Of a stretch of 64,000 nucleotides of DNA, positions 57,496-64,000 are shown in pieces. This DNA is from Eledone cirrhosa (Eukaryota). The first letter of the stretch is position 1. Each line of letters starts with the position of its first letter. The stretch covers positions 341,000,001 to 341,064,000 of the forward strand of contig OZ024743.1 of NCBI GenBank assembly GCA_964016885.1, in the 5' to 3' direction. A model generated the notes under the pieces. That model did no database searches and was not told the origin of the DNA. It saw only the letters and a list, made by a program, of their open reading frames with translations. Position numbers and translations under genes: made by a program.

Positions 57496-58611
57496 GGAGA
57501 GGCAAGCCCATGCCGTCCAACAGCGTCGTGGTGCGCTGGACGGACGGACCAGTAAAGTTGCTCGGGGTTTTGTTCGGACCAGACCTCCAGGTGGAAAAGA
57601 ATTGGGACGAGGTACCGAGCAGAGTAGCCAGTCTCACCCAAAAATGGGCTGGGAGGAAGCTATCACTGAAAGGTCGCGCGGAGGCGGCGAATGCGTACAT
57701 CGCGTCCGTCATCTACTACCGCCTGACCGTCGTGCCTTGCCCCCGTCCGCGCCTCGTCAAGCTGGAACGGCTCCTCTTCAAATTCTTGTGGAGAAGACAA
57801 GTTCCGTTGGTGAGGCGGTCCATCTGCTGCCAGCACCCTCTACGCGGAGGGCTGGGCATGCCGTGGCTAATGATGCGCAGACATGCGTTGAGGCTGTGAC
57901 ATCTCCAGATATTCTGCCTCAAAGGTGAACAGGTGTGGTCGCCGTTTATCAGACGGGCTTGTCCAATGTCCGTGCATTACTGACTTGTGGAGTTATGTCG
58001 AACAGCTACTGTCGCGTGTGGAACGAATCCGACTATCGGCCGAGTCCATAGTGAAGATCGAACCACCGCCTTCCTTAGGTCAGGAAGAGCAGGACATTTT
58101 CCTCTGTCTGGTGGCAGTCGCGAAAGAGATTATATGGTGGACCAGGTTGAAAGGACTAAAGACAGACACTTTTCTCTTCGGCCAATCCCTCATCAACTTC
58201 TTCAAGTTTCACCTGGAAAGGGAGGTGAGGGTGGAGAGAGAAGTGCTGCCCCCCAGTACATTTGCTAAAAGGTGGGTGAATGTTGCGAGAATGGCTCGTG
58301 TGAATGGGCCTACTCTGCCCATGCGCCTATAGGCTGGCTAACTTGAGGAGAGGGGTGCTCTCCCTGGGTGCCCTAGAAGCGCAGGGTGGTTCAGGATTGG
58401 TGGGGTACCTGAAGCACCCCAGGGTCGTACACCCCCTATCGAGGAATTTATTTTGTTATATTTATGCATAGTTTATTTTATATTTTTATATTTTCATTGT
58501 TAAATTAGTCTTGCAATTGTGCACTTTTACTCCACCTTAGTGTAAACCCCCACTGTCCCTGTCTTTGTATTGTCCCCTACCTGTCGCACCTGGTGGCTAA
58601 TAAATGAAATC
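57496..58611 (+). mobile_element. Tx1 subfamily 2, right part (post-RT region plus 3' UTR)
   Basis: MPSNSVV..VKLLGV..LSLKGR..GGLGMP, AATAAA at 58599 and an ATT tail. Confidence 0.9.
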
Positions 58612-58630
58612 ATTATTATTATTATTATTA

Positions 58631-58818
58631 AGGGCGGTGGATTGGCAGTATCAGTAGAGAGTCGGGTGCCATGCTTTCCAGCATAGTTACGTCCCTTTAC
58701 GGTCTGAGTTCAAATCCCGCCGAGGTTAACTTTGCCTTTCATCCTTACGGGGTAGATAAAATAAAGTACCAGTAATGCACTGGGTGATTGCTGGCCTTGT
58801 GCCAAAAGTAGAAACAAT
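58631..58818 (+). mobile_element. tRNA-derived SINE, full length, between (ATT)n tracts
   Basis: Same family as the other copies. Its tail runs into (ATT)n. Confidence 0.92.
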
Positions 58819-58852
58819 TATTATTATTATTATTATTATTGTTGTTGTTATT

Positions 58853-61800
58853 CCTTGAATCTCAGTCATTGATGTTGGTTAACTGGAAAGTCCGTTGGAT
58901 TGAATATCAAGCCACTACCTGCAGCCTCAGATATTCAGGACGTATCGGAGGGTTCTTGCTGTTCCAAGCAAGCATGCCTTTTGAAGCGTTCCAAAAAGCG
59001 TGAAGGGGCCGATTTTCTTTAACCATCCCTGGAAACTTTTGGAGATAGTCCCCAGTGCGCCTATGACAATCGGGATCACTTTGACTTCATGGCAGTTCCA
59101 AATCCTTTTCACCTCCCACTTTAGGTCCTGGTATCGGTTAATTTTCTCCCTCTCCTTCTCTTGCACTCTCGTGTCGAACGGGCAGGCCACATCCACAATC
59201 AGGCACGATCTTTTTTCTTTGTCCACAACCACCAGGTCAGGTCTATTGTGTTCCAGTTTTTTGTCCGTCTGTATCCTAAAATCCCACAGCACCTTCACCT
59301 GATTGTTCTCCATCACCGCCTCTGGCCTATGCTCATACCATTTCTCAGAATGTGGTAAATTGTTTACTTTGCACAGGTGCCAGTGGATCACCCTGCCCAT
59401 CACATCGTGTCTCCAGCCCTTATAGTGGGTCTGGGCTAGGTGTTTACACTCGGACACAATGTGAGCCACAGTCTCCTCTCTCTCTCCACAGATCCTGCAC
59501 AGTGGGCTAGCCTCCTCCTTGTAGATATGGTGCTTCAACCACTTCGTTTTGAGGGCCTGCTCCTGCGCAGCCATTAGCATTCCTTCTGTAGCCTTTTTGA
59601 GGTCTCCTCTTCTCAACCAATTCCATGTCTATGGATCTCTAAATTCAGTTTTCTCAAAGAAGGTACTATGAAGGGATTTTCCCTTAAGGCTGCTCTTCCT
59701 CCTTGATGTTATTTCCTCCTTGGACATCCCCTGGCCTACTGTCCACTCCTTAAGTACAGTTCTGAGCATTGGCTCCTTACTATAGGTCACGTATTTGTAT
59801 AGGTTGTTTTTCTCCATCTGAACACAGTCCTCTATGCTGATAAGACCTCTTCCACCCTCAGATCTCCTTAGGTAGAGTCTATCGACATCACTCCTCTTGT
59901 GGAACATGTTGTAGATAGTCAATAGCTTCCTAGTCTTCCTATCCATTTCTTTTTGTTCAGCAACATTCCATCTCAGAATTCCCGCACTGTACCTAATAAT
60001 AGACACAGCTCGGGAATTTACTGCGCTTATGGCATTTCTGCTGTTCAGATGTGACTTCAATACGCTCCTTACTCTCCGAATGTATTCAGTTCTTAACAAT
60101 TCCTTCATTTTTTTGTTCTTTATGCCATCAGCCTCCAGAACGCCCAAATACTTGTATCCTTCCTCAGAGTCAATTTCCTTTATCATCTCACCTGTTGGTA
60201 TCTGGATCCCGTTACTTCTGCTCAACCTACCCCTCTTCATCACAATGACTCCACATTTACCAATACCAAACTGCATACATATATCACTGCTGAAAATACG
60301 GACAGTGTCAACAAGCACATCCAACTCCTTCTCACTTTTCCCGAAAAGCTTAAGATCGTCCATGAAGAGGAGGTGATTGATGGTAAGCTCTCCCCTTCCC
60401 AACTTGTATCCTGCTCTCACTTTCCGCAGCATAATGGTCAAGGGCATCAGGGCAAGGACAAACAACAGAGGGGACAGGCTATCTCCCTGGAAGATACCTC
60501 TCTTGATCTTCACGCTTCCCAAGGATACTCCAGTTGATGTCAACTCTGTCTCCCAGGACCCCATACTCCTGCCCAGCAACTGTCTGATGTTATCTGCCAC
60601 CCTGAAGATCTCCAGGCTTTTGGTGATCCAGGAATGAGGCACCATGTCAAATGCCTTTCTGTAGTCTATCCATCCCATGGCAAGATCAGTATGTCTCCTC
60701 CTGCAATTCCCCATTACCATCTTATCAATAAGCAACTGGTCCTTTGTACCACGTGACTTCTTTCGGCATCCTTTCTGTTCGTCCGGTAACAAGTTGTTTG
60801 TGTGGAGGTGATGGTAGATTTCCTCAGACACAATGCTCGTCAACAGTTTCCACATTACGGACAGACATGTGATAGGTCTATAGTTGGTAACATCATTACC
60901 CTTGATTCGGTCTTTCATTATCAGAACTGTGGTACCTTTTGTCAACCACTCTGGCACCTCACCCGACACCAAGCAGTCATTGAACATGGCCGTCAGCTTC
61001 GGGTGGAGGGATGTTAAATGTTTAATCCAATACCCCTGCACACCATCTGGGCCTGGTGATTTCCAGTTGGTTAGTTTTTTGGCTTGCCCCTTAAGAGTTT
61101 CAACTGTGATACTCAAATCAGTCTGTTGTTGTGCCTGCTCACCGATCTCCCTCTGTACTGTCTCAATCCACCCTGCCTGGGCATTGTGTCTAACATCCTG
61201 CTCCCATATTCCTCTCCAGAATGTTTTAGCTTGTTCCGCCCCAGGGATCAAGTCGTTGCCTCTTTCTTTCCCCTCAAGCTGTCCAAACAGCATCTTCTGG
61301 TTCTTGTCGAACATGCGGTTCTGTTTATACTGACTGACTCTGTTCTCGTATCGCCTGATTTTGGCACTCTTTGCTACAATGCGTTGCTTCAATTCCTCTA
61401 TGATAATATTTAGCTTTTTACTCCTAGTTTTGTATTTTATTTCCAGTCTATTTTTAGTGCCTATGTTTTTTAGTGTCCCATTCAGTAGTGACTCAAGCTT
61501 TCCTATGTCATTTCTCATTTCCCCGATTTGCTCACTCAGTCGCTTCTTCCACCACGGCTCTGCTCTTTCTTGTCTGTTGTTTCCTCTCGCTTTTATACCA
61601 AGTAGTTTCCTCACCGTATTTGCTGTTGCTTTGAGGATATTGTTGCACTGGTGAAGGCTCCTCGCCTCAAGGTATGGGATGACTTTGTTTACCTTAGCTG
61701 TTTTTTCTTTTAACTTTTTCCTGTCTACAAATCTTAGGTTCATAGGTCTCCCACTATCATTGTTCAATTCATCTACCACTAAATTTAGGATGTCAACCGA

Positions 61801-63397
61801 ATCTTGTCCTAGCCCGTCAGCATTCATCTCCTCAGTGGCCGTATCTCTGTTCCAGGTATTATTTATCTCAGTATTCAGATCATTGTCTGCTTCGGGTGGT
61901 TCCTCCGTTCTCAGGACCTCTTCACCTTCATTTCCCACTGGCTCGCTTGTCTGGCATACTACACCCGCCATCTCCAAGCCATTCTCTCTGCTCAGTTCCT
62001 CCAGTTCCAGCTCGCTTATCCACCCATTAGTTCTTATTACCCGAGCCTGCCCGGCCAATTTTTGTTCATCTAATTTAAATAAACCAATCTCGTTCCAGAT
62101 GTTATGCATCCGTCTCCTGTAGCCCCTCTCCTTGGGGTTACTTTTCAGGTAGCATTGCATAACAGTTCTATTCAATTCTTTCGTCCAGTTGGTTCTGGCC
62201 CCTTTCCTTCTTCTTCTTCCTCCAACATCAGCAGTATTTGGTTGACAGTCAGGTTCCTGCTGCTGAGCCAGGGGGCACCTGTTGGGTGAGAGTCTGTCAC
62301 ATGACGTTCTAGTCTCCATTTCACCGTTATTCGAACTGTTTATGTTCGATATTTAAACACTCTTATCGAGGAATGGCGAATGTATGGTTACATAGCCATC
62401 TGTGGATCCGCCATCCCACTTGGCCCTTGTGTGGCATTATCACCACGCTGTATACGAACACACATAAACAAACAAACACACAGGCAGAAAGGGCCCCAAA
62501 AATGAATAAGCATAAGTTTCATTGTAATGTAGTGTTCGAATGTCTGACTTAGTTTTTGTTTTTTAAGTTTTACTCCCCCCCCCTCTTCTCTGTCCGTCCG
62601 CCTGCTTCTCTCTTCATTCCTATTTTCTTTACGTTTTTGGGGTTTCTTTTTTTGTTTTTGTTTTTCTCTGTTTGTTTTTCTCGTTTTTGCTGTTGTTGCT
62701 GTGCTGCTTTGGTTTTGTTGTTTGTTTTTTCTTTTTTCTTTTGAGTCTATCTATATATTTTGATGCCTTCCTCTTTGTTAGTAGTAGGAATTCTATAATG
62801 TGGAAGTAGCAGCCAGCAGGGAGAAGTGGGAGACTGGCGGCGGTAGCGATACTGAGACAGTGGTGGTGGTGATGTCGATACCGAGGCAGTGGTGGCGGTG
62901 ATGCGACCGTATTACTGTAGTGATGGTGCTGTAGCGGTGGCAGCAGTGAAGGAGTCAAGGGGTGGTGGCGGCGGTGATGGGATAGTGGTGGTAATGATGG
63001 CCGTAGTGAGCGGTGGCGGTGAAGGTGAAAATGTCGTTATCTGGCTGTTGTGTTTAGTGTACACAGATGATGGGGTGGGTGGTGTATCTAGTTTCTGGTG
63101 TTGGTGAGTTTAGCTGTCCTATATAGTGTAGCCAGAGGAGAGGAGGGGGGGGGGGGTTCTTCTTCTTCCATTTATAGCCATTTTCTTTTTTGGATATACA
63201 GTGTACAATACAAAGTTGAATATTTGAATATTTGAGCCTTATAACAATATATTTTGGGTCCGAATTTTTTGGGGCTCAAGCCGGGTGCTTTACGTAGCAT
63301 TTGTACTAAGAGTTGTTATTTCACAAATGATTTAAATATGTTAAAAATTCAAAACTTACGGGAGCGATTTCATGACCTCCGTCACCTCGTGCGTCTT
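58853..63397 (-). mobile_element. Dong-A copy 2, essentially full length
   Basis: Collinear with and highly similar to 20805-25658. Confidence 0.95.
58927..62319 (-). pseudogene. Dong-A RT-RLE ORF with a single CAG-to-TAG stop at 59629-59631
   Basis: Same length as the intact ORF at 20879-24271. Confidence 0.93.
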
Positions 63398-63419
63398 AAT
63401 AATAATAATAATAATAATA

Positions 63420-63458
<39 letters not shown>

Positions 63459-63466
63459 GTTATTAC

Positions 63467-64000
63467 TCTTTGAGTCTGGAAAGTTTGAAATGAATATCAA
63501 GCCACTACCTGCAGCCTCAGATATTCAGGACGTATCGGAAGGTTCTTGCTGTTCCCAGCAAGAATGCCTTTTGAAGCGTTCCAAAAAGCGCGAAGGGGCC
63601 AATTTTCTTTAACCATCCCTGGAAACATTTTGACATAGTCCCTAGTGCGCCTATGACAATCGGGATCACTTTGACTTCATGGCAGTTCCAAATCCTTTTT
63701 ACCTCCCACTTTAAGTCTTGGTATCGGTTAATTTTCTCCCTCTCCTTCTCTTGCACCCTCGTGTCGAATGGGCAGGCCACATCCACAATCAGGCACGTTC
63801 TTTATCCTTTGTCCAAAACCACCAGGTCAGGCCTATTGTGTTCAAGTTTCTTGTCCGTCTGTATCCTAAAATCCCACAGCACCTTCACCTGATCGTTTTC
63901 TATTACCGCCTCTGGCTTATGCTCATACCACTTCTCAGAATGTGGTAAATTGTTTACTTTGCATAGGTGCCAGTGGATCACCCTGCCCATCACATCATGT
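63467..64000 (-). mobile_element. Further Dong-A copy, 3' end, continuing beyond the window
   Basis: RLE motifs RPDLVV, DVACP, QKA.LLGT. Confidence 0.92.

Overview
AT-rich eukaryotic, probably animal, intergenic DNA. The SINE family and the dense (AT)n/(GT)n/(GATA)n microsatellites suggest a cephalopod mollusc (inference). No host protein-coding gene is recognisable. Two long trains of non-LTR retrotransposons (about 18.6-37.1 kb and 45.7-64 kb) dominate the window, and nearly every element is separated from the next only by a (TTA)n tract. The trains contain two R4/Dong-clade families (RT, CCHC finger, restriction-like endonuclease), always on the minus strand, one copy with an intact 1130-aa ORF. 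They also contain Tx1-clade elements (ORF1 zinc knuckle; APE plus RT ORF2), always on the plus strand, and one SINE. The two Dong families share a homologous 5' terminal module, and family B has a covarying, pseudoknot-like 5' UTR. In one Tx1 copy the RT is replaced by a 4.2-kb GC-rich higher-order repeat resembling an rDNA intergenic spacer. Outside the trains, (AT)n tracts hold many short inverted or direct repeats with minimal hammerhead-ribozyme motifs, two decayed Penelope-like (GIY-YIG) coding remnants, tRNA-derived SINEs and a Tc1/mariner-type MITE. All coordinates were read by eye and may be off by a few bases.
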